From NCBI GenBank assembly GCA_051313645.2, contig JBNRSN020000007.1, positions 252,216,001-252,280,000 on the forward strand: 64,000 bases of DNA, in the 5' to 3' direction. Both the position numbers and the translations under genes were made by a program. Shown here piece after piece: positions 12,501 through 24,580 of this stretch. The stretch comes from Centroscyllium fabricii (taxonomy: Eukaryota). Position 1 is the first letter of the stretch. Each line of letters starts with the position of its first letter. The notes under the pieces were generated by a model that was given only the letters and a program-made list of their open reading frames with translations, did not search any database and had not been told where the DNA came from.

Positions 12501-14187
12501 GTTCGTCCAGAGAGGCTGCTGACAGTGCACAAAATGGCGTTTTGGATGATGATTTAGAGATAATGAGTTCGGGTTTAGAACCCCCGAACTCAATGGTCAG
12601 CTTGATATGTTATCTTTGGAAATCTAGTCCCAGAATGATATCACTACATAGATCCTTAAGGACTAAGAGACGGGTGGAGGGATACAGGCGCCCATTAAGG
12701 GTTAAGTCCACAATACAGAAGCCCGAGATTCTTGTATTAAGAGAAGATTGGGCCATTGCAATTGCCTGGTCTGATGCATAAGTGTGCAGTTTCAATTTTT
12801 TAACGATTTGCCCCTTAATAAAGCTGTCAGTGCTACCAGAGTCAATTAGGGCATCAAAAGCATGTCCATTAATTGTGACCCTTCTGGCTGCCAGGACCAG
12901 ATTCTGAGGGCATGCAGCTGTTATTGGCATGATAGCACAGAGTGCAGCAGTGATTCTAGACGAGCTCCTTCGAGTGGGAGCCTGATAGTTCCTGGTTGGT
13001 GCGGCTTGATAGGGCCTAATTGATGCACCCTGGTAGGCCCTAATTGGAGCAGCTCTGTAGGGCCTAGCTTGATTAGCTCGTGCAGAAGTTCTGGATTGGC
13101 ACACCTTTGCAAAGTGCCCTTTTTTGCTGCAGTAGCTGCAGATTGCATTACGGGCTGGGCAGAATTTTCTTGGGTGGAAGATATCTCCACAAAAGAAGCA
13201 GTTTTTCCTGGACTGCCAAGAGGCTGCTAGGGTAGGGTCATCCTCCTCCTCATCACTAAGCTCATCAGGGCTAAAGTCGTCTATGATTGGGTTCACCTGT
13301 GGCCCCTTGAAAGGTCTGCTTGAAGTTACAGCAGCACTTCGAGCTCTGGGCCACTGATAAAGATCTGAGTTTCTTTTTGCTAGATCAAGAGAGCAAGCCA
13401 GTTCGAAAGCTTTTTGTAACTCTAGGGCCTTACTCTCCAGTAGACGCTGGCGTATCAGTGGGGAGGAAATCCCGCTGATGAAGGCATCGCGGATCATTTC
13501 CTCACGGTAAAGCGCGGACGAGGCTGCCTGAAAGTTACAGTTTGTACTGAGCCTGCGCAGTGTCTGCAGGAATTCACCGATAGATTCCTCCGGCCCTTGC
13601 CGGGTCGTGGCCAGTATATGTCTAGCATAAATCTCGTTGGGTGGCTTTGTATACAGTTCTTTAAGAGCTCGGATTGCTTCATTAAAGTTATCCCAATTGT
13701 CCAGATATTCATACACGTTAGGGGATACATAGTTTACCAGTAGCATGAGTTTATCAGTATCGTCCGCATCACATGCTGTAAGGAAATTTTCAAAAGTATG
13801 GTACCAGTGCTTCCATACCTTTGCGGCTGATGGCGAGTTCGGATCCAGGTCAAGAGTTCTGGGTTTGAAGAGGCTCTCCATGATGGGTGGTTCCCTGGGT
13901 CCTCAGTTGCTTTTTGTCCAAAGGTTTCAAAAATTTTGAGCGTAGTAGCTGATTAAATTGATGTGACAAAAGCGACTTACACATCAAATACTTTAAGCAA
14001 AGCTTTAATCAGCTATTTACAGAGTTGAGAGTTTTAACATATTTACATGGAGAAGCATTATCTCAGACTGAATAGCAGCAGAATTTATACTACCACACAG
14101 GAAGTGACATGTACAGGAAGTGATGTCACTGGAAGTTCATAAGCAGAGTTCATCCGACTTCCTGCCGGAAGTCTCAATATCATTACA
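9593..14187 (-). mobile_element. Young Ty3/Gypsy LTR retrotransposon nested in the outer element
   Basis: Identical 229-bp LTRs at 9593-9821 and 13959-14187. 5-bp TSD CAGTG. PPT AGGAGGGAAGAA. No TGG-type tRNA PBS. Confidence 0.97.
9854..13881 (-). pseudogene. gag-pro-pol of nested Gypsy element (one in-frame TAA at 12610-12612, one frameshift near 11920)
   Basis: Gag with two CCHC knuckles, protease LIDSGST, RT (LPFGVTN, YLDN), RNase H (ECDAS), integrase (HHCC, IDFKGP, SDRG, GQVER). Confidence 0.93.
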
Positions 14188-16683
14188 CAGTGAGTATTGA
14201 GTGTACATAATTCTCTATGCACTGCACCTCAGAGAAATCATCCACCAGCGGCTGGTAGGGAGCTCTGGAGAGGACGTCGGCAGTTGCTAGGCTCTTCCCT
14301 GGCACATGTGATATAGTGAAGTGAAAGTGCATGAGTCACATCTGAAAGCGCTGAATGCGGGGGGACAACTCGTCCAGATTTTTAGATCCCAATAGTGTAA
14401 GGAGGGGCTTGTGATCTGTTTCGACCTGGAATGTCATGCCTATTAGGAAGTCTCTATAACGCTCACATGCCCATGTAATGGCCAGGGCCTCTTTTTCAAT
14501 CTGTGCATAGCGCTGCTCGGTTTTTGAAAGGGCTCGTGTAGCATAGGCTACAGGGTGCCAGTCAGTGTCAGGTTGCTTTTGTAAAAGGTCTGCACCCAAA
14601 CCAAATGATGAGGCATCAGCTGACACTTTAGTGAGTGCATTGGGGTCATACAGTGCAAGGCCTGGCAGGGTGGTTAGCTCCGTTTTTATCTCAGTGAAAG
14701 CTTGGGACTGCTGGGGTCCCCAATACCATGAGGTCTGCCTGTTGAGATCCCGGAGTGGCTTGGTTTTATCGGCTAGATGGGGTATGTATTTGCCTAAATG
14801 ATTGACCAGGCTCATGAAGCGGCATATTTCAGATACATTCCTTGGCGCGGCTATGTGTGCGAGGGCCTTGACTTTGTCAGGATCTGCTCTGACACCGGTC
14901 CCGTCGATGACCTGGCCGAGACACCATCAAGTCCCTCAAGGAGGCGGGGCATGCGGCGCTGGAAATGCTATGGAAATGCTATGGGGCGGAGGATATTCCA
15001 AAGGGCAGTCTGTGGAAACAGTAACGTCCAAATGGCGTGATGAACGTAAAACATTTTGACTCCTCTGTCAAGGGTATTTGTCAGAAACCAGATTGAGCAT
15101 CAAGCTTTGTAAAAACCTTTGCATCTTTCAGCTGCCCCAGAGTGTGCTCTACGTAGGGTAAGAGATGCAGCTCTCTACAGACACTTTCATTGAGTTTTGT
15201 TAGGTCTACGCAGATTCTGATTTTTCCATTGGGTTTTGGGACTACACCAGACTGTGGGTTCCTCAAATCTTGCAATTATCCCCAGTTGCTCCATGTGGGT
15301 TAGTTCCTCCTTAACTTTGGACATAAGGGGGAGTGGGACACGTCAGGGTGTAGAGAGAGCAAAAGGTTCGGCCTCCGGCTTCAGGCGAATGTGATACTCC
15401 CAATGCCTTGAAACAACCTGGGGAACTGCTGTCTGACCTCCCGTTTGAGGTCTGTAGATCTGTCTCTGCTACTTGTGGGTCCAACCTGGACACCAGACGC
15501 AGGGAAATGATGGCGGGGCGACTGAGGAGCACTGTCCGTAGACCGCGTACCACATACACGACCTGCTTTGTAGACCGTGGACCACGGGTCAGGGTAGCTG
15601 AAAATTTTCCTCTGACATTCAACAGGACTTGCCCAGGCCCCTGAAGAATCTTAGAGGTGCTCTAGATCGTTGTAGAGGCACTCCGGGATGACAGTGACAT
15701 CAGCCCCTGTATCAATTTTGAATTCAGTCATGTGACCACACAGGCTTAGGGTGATGGTCCATGGCTGGTCCTGTCCATCTCCACTTGACCCCAGGAACGC
15801 TATCTCATTATCGTCGTCCTCTGATATTTCAGCAACCGCAAGTGTGGATCGGCAAACTGCAGCAAAATGTCCCTTTTTCTGGCAATTCCTACAGCTAACA
15901 TTTTTGGCGGGACAGATTTGTCTATTGTGTGTACTCCGGCCGCACCATCTGCAACTCCGCTTTTGTGTTTGGAAATGTGTTCCAGTTTGAGTTCCAGTGC
16001 GAGGCCTCTGTACATATTCACGTGAGTCAGTTTGTCTTGATTTGGTAGAAAAATGTTTTTGGGGGCCTGATTGTTGGGGGGCACTTATGGTTTCAATGGA
16101 CTCCTCCTCCTCATTACTATCTTTCTGAACCATTGATTGCTGTTTCTTTATTGTTTCACTTTGGAAAACCTGTGTTTTTGCTTTGTCCATTGTGAGGTCT
16201 GGATTCATCTGTAATTTTCCAGGGAGTTTAAGATCCCTTAGTCCACCAAACAATCTGTCACGAATTAGTTCGTCCCACATAGCTCCATATTCAGTGTTCT
16301 ATGAGCTCATACAGCGCTTTAATTAAGCTATCACCCGATTCCGCTCTCTCCTGCATGCGCCTATGGAATCTTGCGCATTCGAATGTCAAATTCCTCCGCG
16401 GGATGAAATGATTAGACAACTCCGTTTTAACTGTGTCATTGCTTTTCAGTTGATCAGCCGTAATATTCCTGCACCGGACGATCGCATCAGCCTCCGCTCC
16501 CATGGAATATAATGGCGTGTTGACCTGTTTCTCCTCTGACTGTTTATCAAGGCCTGGGGCCTGTCTGAAGTGTTCCAATCTGTTGAGCCATAACAGCCAC
16601 ACTTCCAGCCGTGTAAAATCAAATTTCGAGGGGAGAGAAATCTGAAAGAATGCAGGGCTTTGAGTGGCCATGGTAGTAAGCAA
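14188..16683 (-). pseudogene. gag, protease, RT and RNase H remnants of outer Gypsy element
   Basis: ORF fragments 16291-16683, 15651-16280, 15081-15275 (RICVDLTKLN) and 14336-14815 (ADASSFG, YAQIEKEAL). The RT YxDD region appears deleted near 14920-14960. Confidence 0.88.
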
Positions 16684-17123
16684 CGTGGGGCAAGTACACT
16701 TTTTTCCCTCTCAGTCTCTCTTGTTTATCTCCATCCTGGCTTAACTTGCTATCGTAAACTTTCACTCACCGGGAGCTGACTGGTTTCACTGGGAAAGTTA
16801 GTTCCATTGACGTGGACAGTCTTTAACATGGGTGTTTCGGGTCCTTGCCACTTCTGTCACCATGTAATGTGATCAACACACAGACACAGGGTGTATTCGT
16901 TCAGCCATTAACTCTCTCGAGCCTGTCTCTTTATTTTACTTTCACTTTCTGTTTGCCCTCCGTTGCCCCCTACGGGGCGGAGGGTAACTATCACCACAAG
17001 AACCACCTGCAATGGCACCGCTTCTCGCTCACATACCATTACCTCTGGAGTCCCCCAAGGAACTATCCTTGGCCCCTGCCTATTTCTCATATACACGCTG
17101 CCCCTCAGCCCCATCATCTGAAA

Positions 17124-20100
17124 ACATAAGAGCAGAAGAAATAGGAGCAGGTGTAGGGCATTTGGCCCATTCAAGAAGATCATGGTTGATTTTCTACCTC
17201 ATGTCCACTTTCTTGCACTATCCCCATATCCCTTAATATCCAAAAATCTATCGATCTCCGTCTTGAATATACGCAATGATTGAGCCTCTACAGCCCCTGG
17301 GGTAGAGAATTCCAAAGACTCACCACCCTCTGAGTGAAGAAATTTCTCATCTCAGTCCTAAATGGCCAACCCCTTATTCTGAGACCCTGGTTCTGGACTC
17401 CCCAGCCAGGGGAAACATCCTTCCTGAATCTACCCTGTCAAGCCCTGTAAGAATTTTGTATGTTTCAATGAGATCACCTCTCATTCTTCTAAACTCCAGA
17501 GAATATAGGCCTAGTCTATTCAATCTCTCCTCATAAGACAATCCCCCCATCCCAGGAATCAGATGAACGTTCGTTGCACTCCCTCCATGGCAAGTATATC
17601 CTTCCTTAGGTAAGGAGACCAAAACTGTACCCAATACTCCAGGTGTGGTCTCGCCAGGGCCCTATATAATTGCAGTAAGATGTCTTTACTCTTATACTCA
17701 AATCCCCTTCTAATAAAGGCCAACATACCATTTGCTTTCCTAATTGCTTGCTGTACCTTCATGTTAACTTTGTGATTTGTGTACAAGGACACCCAGGTCC
17801 CTCTGAACACCAACACTTCCCAATCTCTCACCATTTAAAAAATACTCTTTTCTATTTTTCCTACCAAAGTGGATAACTTCACATTTCTCCACATTATATT
17901 CCATTTGCCATGTTCTTGCCCACTCACTTAGCCTGTCTATATCCCTTTGAAGCCTCCTTGCATCCTCCTCACAACTTACATTCCCACCTAACAGATTCGT
18001 CAAACATGATTTCCCTTTCATAAATCTGTGTTGACTCTGCCCAATCATATTATTATTTTCTAAGTGCCCTGTTACCACGTCCTTAATAATAGATTCTAGC
18101 ATTTTCCCTACTACTGATGTCAGGCTAACTGGTCTGTGGTTCCCCATTTTCTCTCTCCCTCCTTTCTTAAATAGTGAGGATACATTTGCCACCTTCCAAT
18201 CTGTGGGAACCGTTTTAGAATCTATGGAATTTTGGAAAATGACAACCAATGTAACCACTACCTCTGTAGCTAAATCTTTCAAAACCCTAGGATGTAGGCC
18301 ATCAGATCCAGGGGATTTATCAGCTTTCAGTCCCATTAATTTCTCCAGTACTTTTTTTTTTACTAATACTAATTTCTTTCAGTTCGTCATTCTCGCTAGA
18401 CCCTTGGCTCTCCACTATTTCGGGGAAGTTTTTTGCATCTTCTTCTGTCAAGACCGACACTAAGGGCTGGATTTTGTCAACTCCGAGGAGGCGGGACAGC
18501 CGGTAAAGTTGCAGGATTTGGGGGTGGCTGGCAAACCGCCCCCATCCTGCCTCCATGCCCTTTTGCCAGGAGGCAGGAAGCCGTCCTGCCCGGGTCCCGT
18601 CTCCTCGAGGTGGGAAAGGGATTAAATCCTATTAGCTGCCTGTTAACAGGTAGATAATAGGCAGAAAATAGGATTATCCCTATTTTTAGTTCCGAAGTGC
18701 AGGCTTCCCGACTTCGGAGAACCCCGTCAGGGTGTAGGAGACGAGAAGGTGGTCGGAGTGGTCTAAAAGTGCAATGTAGAGGTGAGTAATGCATGCAAGT
18801 GTGGAGTGGTATGTATGTAATTTGAGTGTTAAGTGTTAGAAAATGTTCACTTACCTTTGTTTCTACCTACAGCCGTCAGCCGCTGTGGATCTGGAGTCCC
18901 GACATCTTCATTGTAGATTTCACAGACTGGCTGTTGGATCCTCCGAACCAACAGCCAGGTGATTTCTGCAAAGTTGAAAGGTTTGATGAGTCCTGAACAC
19001 AAGGACTCATCAAACTACACAGAATGTCAGTGTTTGACCGCTTCACGGAACTGTCAAACGCTGACATTTCTTCTTTCAAGAAATCTTGGCAGATGGCACA
19101 TCAGACATTGATGTGCTCTGCCAGTCACTGACTTCCCCCTAATTTGCCTGCTGAGCCCGCTAGGCAGGCTTAACAAGGTCAATCAGGGGAAAATCCCATT
19201 GGTTGGCCAGAAGCTGATGGAGGTCGGATTGAAAGCTGGCAAGCGGCAGTCCCGCCTCCAAAAGCTTCCCATTGACAAAAATCCAGCCCAGAGTATTTGT
19301 TTAATTTCTTTGTAATTTCCTTATTCCCATTATAATTTCTCCTGTCTCAGCCTGTAAGGGAACCACATTTACTTTTCGCGAATCTTTTCCTTTTTACGTA
19401 CCTATAGAAGCTTTTACAGTCTGTTTTTATGTCTCTTGCTAGTTTACTCTCATTCTATTTTCTCTCTCTATCAATTTCTTGGTCCTCATTTGCTGAATTC
19501 TAAAATCCTCCCAATCCTCTTTTTGGCAACATTGTAAGCCTCTTCCTTTGATCTGATACTATCTTTAACTTCTCTTGTTAGACACGGTTGGATCACTTTT
19601 CCTGTGGGGATTTTGTGCCTTAAAAGGAATGTATATTTGTTGTAAATTGTGTATTAATTCTTTAAATGCTAGCTGTTGCTTTTCTACCATCATACCTTTT
19701 AATGTAGTTTCCCAATCTACCTTAGCCAACTCACCTCTCATACCTACAGTGTTTGCTTTGTTTAGATTTAAGGCGCTAGTTTTGGATTTAACGAAATCAC
19801 TTTCAAACTCAATATAAAATTCTATCATATTATGGTCACTCTTCCCTAAAGGCCCCTTTACTACAAGGTTATTAATTAACCCTTTCTCATTGCACAATAC
19901 TAGATCCAAAATAGCCTGTTCCCTAGTTGGTTCCTCAACATACGGATCTAGAAAACTATCTTGCATACATTCCATGAATTTGTCCTACACACTATTACTG
20001 CAAATTTGGTTTGCCCAGTCTATATATAGATGAAAGTTCCCCATGATTACTGTATTTCCCTTGTTACATGCGCCTCTAATTTCCTGATCTATACTCTGCC

Positions 20101-20200
20101 CTACATTACAACTACTGTTCGGGGGCCTATAAACAACTCCCACCAATGTTTTCTGCCCCTTGCGGTTTCTTAGCTCCACCCAAACTGATTCTACTTCTTG
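17124..20200 (-). mobile_element. CR1/HER1 LINE, internally deleted, interrupted by a MITE at 18464-19289
   Basis: Endonuclease (GVVYRPPNS, LDLVLCN, GKSDHN) and RT (KSPGSDGLHPRVLK, RPVSLTS, RPHLEY) motifs plus HER1 3' tail at about 17124-17200. Confidence 0.9.
18464..19289. mobile_element. MITE (probable PIF/Harbinger non-autonomous)
   Basis: TIRs GGGCTGGATTTT(T)GTCAA at both ends. CR1 sequence is continuous across the insertion. TSD imperfect. Confidence 0.75.
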
Positions 20201-21203
20201 ACATAGCAGGTTTCACATGTAAGCTGACAACACTCAGCACCAACTTCACCACCAGCTCTCTCGATCTTCCCTGCACCCACCCCCATCATTTGTGATTTGT
20301 TACATTGCTTGTCCGACATCCAGTCCTAGAGCAGAAACATCTTCCAACTAAATACTGGGAAGCCCAAAGCCATTGTCTTCGGTCCCCGCTACAAACTCCG
20401 TTCCCTAGCCACTGACTCCATCCCTCTCCCTGGCCACTGTCTGAGGCTGAACCAGATCGTTCGCAACATTAGCGTTCTATTTGACCCCAAGCTGAGCTTC
20501 TGACCACATATCTACTCCATCACCAAGACCACTTACTTCCACCTCTATAACTTCTTCCATCTCCGTCCCTGCCTCAGCTCATCTGCTGCTGAAATCCTCA
20601 TCCGTGCCTTTGTTACCTCTAGACTTGACTATTCCAATAATCTTCCGGCTGGTCACTCATCATCCCTGTGCTTGCTGACCTACACTGCCTGCCTGCCTCC
20701 CTGTCTGGTCACCTCTCCATTTTAAAATTCTCCTCGTTTTCAAATCCCTCCATGGCCTCGCCCCTCCCAATCTCTGTAACCTCCTCCAGTCCTACAACCC
20801 TCCGAGATCTCGGCGCTCCTCCAATTCTGGCCTCTTGTGCATCCCCGATTTTAATCGCTCCACCATTGGCGGCCGTGCCTTCAGCTGCCTGGGCCTTAAG
20901 CCTCTTCGCCTCTCTACCTTTACGTCCTCCTTACGTCCTCCTTTAAGACACTCCTTAAAACCTACAGCTTTGACCAAATGTTTGGTCACCTGTCCTAACA
21001 TCTATCCTAATTGGTCACCTGTCCTAACATCTATCCTAATTATGAAGCTCAGTATCAAATTTTGTTTGATAATGCTCCTAATAAAGCAATTTGGGACGTT
21101 TTACTACGTTAAAGGTGCTATATAAATGCAAGTTGTTGTTGTTTTAAATTACTCATCTGTGGTCTGCTGCCATTGTTAAGGAAGTGAAGGTCAGGGCTGG
21201 GAG

Positions 21204-21313
21204 CAATGTTCCCTGTAAGCTGTGCAGCACACCCGTACAGCCAGCTTGTAAATCGAGAAAAGCATGCATGTGCGATATTTAAATGCCCGAAAACAAAGTT
21301 ACAGGGGACTTTG
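21204..21313. mobile_element. 110-bp hAT-type MITE
   Basis: TIR CAATGTTCCCTGTAA / TTACAGGGGACTTTG (13/15) and perfect 8-bp TSD GCTGGGAG (21196-21203, 21314-21321). Confidence 0.85.
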
Positions 21314-22249
21314 GCTGGGAGTCACTCAGATGAGAAGAATGAGCCAGTTAGGAGTGGTAGAATAAATCTGCCTAGGTTAGACAAAAGCGGACTGGGATCA
21401 AGTGTGATTGTGGGGTGTTACAAAGAACCATTACAGGAAGTTGTACAATGAAGCGTTACAGAAAAGTGTTACAGGAAGTTGGTGATGATACACATTATAT
21501 GCAAAAATTTTAACATTAATTGATAGAATAATTCATAATTATTCATTGATATTCAATGCAACTTAAAGGAGAGAGGTGATCAATAACTGAACATGCTGTA
21601 TATATCGATCTAAGTATCGAGAGCTTGTAGGGTCATCCCAATGATGTGTTTGCAATTGTAGCTGAGAAACACAGGAGACACTGAGCAGAAGTGAGCTTGC
21701 ACAGAGGTAGATTCTGGAGGGAACCTAGAGAAAGAGCCAACCCACAGTAAACTAATACATCCTTTGGCAGTAACAGAGTAACAATGGCAGATATCTACAA
21801 TCAGGTCACCTACCTCCCCTTCTCAGTCAGGGGAAGGGATGTGGCATTGTGGAACCTAAACAAAAAGGGCTGAGGGATAAATACATGAAGTAAAAAGACA
21901 CATGGGAGGAAGAAAGATTTGGGCATGCTGCAAACAGCTAATAAACTAATGAATCATGTTTAATGAGACTAGAGCGCATGCAAATTAACTCATTACATCT
22001 CCTCACAAAGCACCAGATTGCATATGTAATGTTGTACAATTTCCTTTTTGTGAACTAATTTAACTATATCTCTGATCATCTGCCCTGCAGGTCATAAAGT
22101 TTATTAATAACTAATCCCAAATAAAGTTCACAGATCAACACATCCTTTTATTGGGCACAACAATGTTTCATGACCCAGCCAGCTGACTTATACAATAATA
22201 CCATCATTTTCTTGGATTCCATTAAGTTTTGTTACATCATTTTATGCAT

Positions 22250-22680
22250 CAGCCGTGGCTCAGTGGGCAGCACTCTCGCCCATGTCAGGAGGTTGTGGGT
22301 TCAATTCCCACTCAAGACTGGAACACAAAAATCTAGGCCGACAGTCCAGTGCAGTATTCAAGGAGTGCTGCACTGTCGGAGGTGCTGTCTTTAGGATGAG
22401 ACGTTAAACCTAGGCCCTGCCTGCCCTCTCCGGTGAACGTAAAAGATTCCATGATACTGTACAATTCGAAGAAGAGCAGGATGAGTTCTCTCTCCCCAGT
22501 GTCCTGGCCAATATTTATCCCTCAACCAACATCACTAAAAAATACATTATCTGGTCATTATTACATTGCTGCTTGCAGGAACTTGCTGCGCGCAATTTGG
22601 CTGCCCCATTGGTTGTAAAGCGCTTTGCGACGTCCTGAGGACTTGAAAAGCGTTATGTAAATGCAAGTCTTTATTTTTTC
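22250..22680 (+). mobile_element. tRNA-derived Deu-domain SINE (SacSINE1-like)
   Basis: Box A tggctcagtgg, box B ggttcaattccc, Deu core tgtcggaggtgctgtctttaggatgagacgttaaacc, L2-like tail. Confidence 0.8.
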
Positions 22681-23900
22681 TTTTCCTTTTGGAGCTTGGC
22701 TCATACTCTCTTTTCAGAACCTTTACAAATGGGTACAACATGCTGCTGCAATTTTAAAGGAATATTCCATGATAAGCCTACAGTGGCCTTACCTTTTGGT
22801 ACTTGGCCACAAAGTACAACTCTATATCTAAGGCCATTATGGAACCTTATCCTGGAGTATTCTTCTAAGAATGTGCTGCACACGATTGCTGTGGAGAGTG
22901 TAGATTCCAGGTAATTGCTAGTGGTTCTATACTGCCTACCATTCCATGGTCGCTGGCGTGAATCGCTGTAACTGAATCTGTGTCTTTATCAAGGAAAATG
23001 CAAAGCCTCAGTGTAAGTGAATGTGTGCTTAAGTTAACAAAATATTTTTAGTATTAATTACAATGTAGTGAGAGGATGATGGTAAAACTTACAGCGTAGT
23101 GGAGGCGTCATGAAGTGAAGGGACACAGGTTCAAATTCACCCCTGCACAATTATCCCGATCTCGGTCATAACTCTGTGGTCAAGTATTTGACCTGCACTT
23201 GGCATCTACCAAAAGAGGCAGAGAATGTTGCCAGGCACTGCGCTACACTTCTGAACAACCACTTATAAATGGAATCAGCGGAGGCCAGGGAGCCAATTGT
23301 ACGCCTTCTCTCTCAGTCACAGGAGATGCATGGCCCAACGAGACCTGCACAGGGAAAAACACAGAGATTTCAATCTGCCCCATGTAAAGAATATCAAACG
23401 TTTAATAACCAACTTCTCTGGGTTTTCACTTTCAATTCCTTTGTGGTGTGTGAAAGAGATACACCACATTCTCAAAATGCAGCAAAGACCCTCAATAAAT
23501 TGAATACAATGGAACAGAATCACCCAGCACTGGAAGTAATGCCCGACTGACGAGGAGTCACAAAAGGATTTATAATTTGTTTCTGTTGGATAGCGGGTTA
23601 GTGATGTCGGCAGGGGTGCCATCCACAGGTAATACCGGCACTAGGGGTGGCAACTTGAAGAGGCAAACATTCACACTCGTACATCTAGCAGACTGTTGAC
23701 ATCTTTACTGGCAAACCTATACCGTCAAAAAGCTTATAGAAGAACTAGTGGGATGCCTGAATTCGTGGAGCAGGTATTTCCAGTTAAATACAACTCAAAA
23801 CAAAACTACTTTCATTGAACATTAAACAAGTTCTTTCAAGAACAGTGTATGTATTTTCATAAAATACAAATATGTCTGTAACAGTAACTGAGAAATTTAC

Positions 23901-24024
23901 CTTTGGCATGACTTGCTCCACACATGCAATAATCTCCAGTTCTGCCAAGACAATTCCTTTTCAGCCAGTTCCAACAATTCTCGTTTGAGGAGACCAGGAA
24001 GTGTTGCTGCACATCTTTACTGAC
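23901..24024 (-). other. Candidate spliced exon (possible 5' UTR exon of the PLAG-family gene)
   Basis: Branch-like CTAAT, gatttttctgtacAG acceptor and AAG|GTAAAT donor around 124 nt of non-repeat sequence. No transcript evidence. Confidence 0.3.
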
Positions 24025-24124
24025 CTGTACAGAAAAATCCCATCAATTAGAAATGTTAAATGCTTTTCTTAATAAGCAGCACTGTTTGGTGAACCAAGAT
24101 CCTGTTTATAATGGAGCATTTATA

Positions 24125-24580
24125 ATGACTTATGAGGAGAGATTGTGTAGTCTGAGCTTATACTCGCTGGAGTTTAGAAGATTAAGAGGGGATCTCATCG
24201 AGACTTATAAAATTGTCAGGCTTGGACAGGTTAGATGCAGAAAGGATGTTTCCGATGGCTGGGGAGTCGAGAACCAGGGGGCATAGTCTAAGGATAAGGG
24301 GTAAGCCTTTTAGAACTGAGATGAGGAGGAAATTCTTCACACAGAGAGTGGTGAACCTGTGGAATTCCTTGCCACAGAGGGCGGTGGAGGCCGGTTCATT
24401 GAATATATTCAAGAGGGAACTGGATATATTTCTTCAGGCTAAAGGGATATGGGGAGAAGGCAGGGACTGGGTACTGAACGTGTAAGATCAGCCATGATCT
24501 CATTGAATGGTGGAGCAGGCTCGAAGGGCCGAATGGCCTACTCCTGCTCCTATCTTCTATGATTCGATGATTCTATGATT
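24125..24580 (+). mobile_element. CR1/HER1 LINE 3' fragment
   Basis: YEERL...LYSLEFRRLRGDLIETYKI, TRGH, FFTQRVVNLWNSLP, and HER1 tail. Confidence 0.9.

Larger units (their letters stand above)
7859..16998 (-). mobile_element. Ty3/Gypsy (Mag-like) LTR retrotransposon, decayed; outer element of a nest
   Basis: LTRs 7859-8000 and 16863-16998 (TG...CA, diverged). 5-bp TSD AGAAC. tRNA-Leu-like PBS TGGTGACAGAAGTGG. PPT AGAAAGGGAGA. Gag (two CCHC knuckles), protease (IDTGAD), RT, RNase H and integrase fragments in broken ORFs. Confidence 0.95.
7003..21143 (+). mobile_element. L2-clade LINE split into pieces (7003-7531, 7837-7858, 16999-17125, 20201-21143) by nested insertions
   Basis: Collinear RT motifs across the pieces: PISNLPFLSK, QSGFRPGHNTEMAL, LLDLAVAFDT, then SGVPQGTILGP, then a degenerate FHMYADDTQL, then the 3' tail tataaatgcaagttgttgttg. 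Confidence 0.8.
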
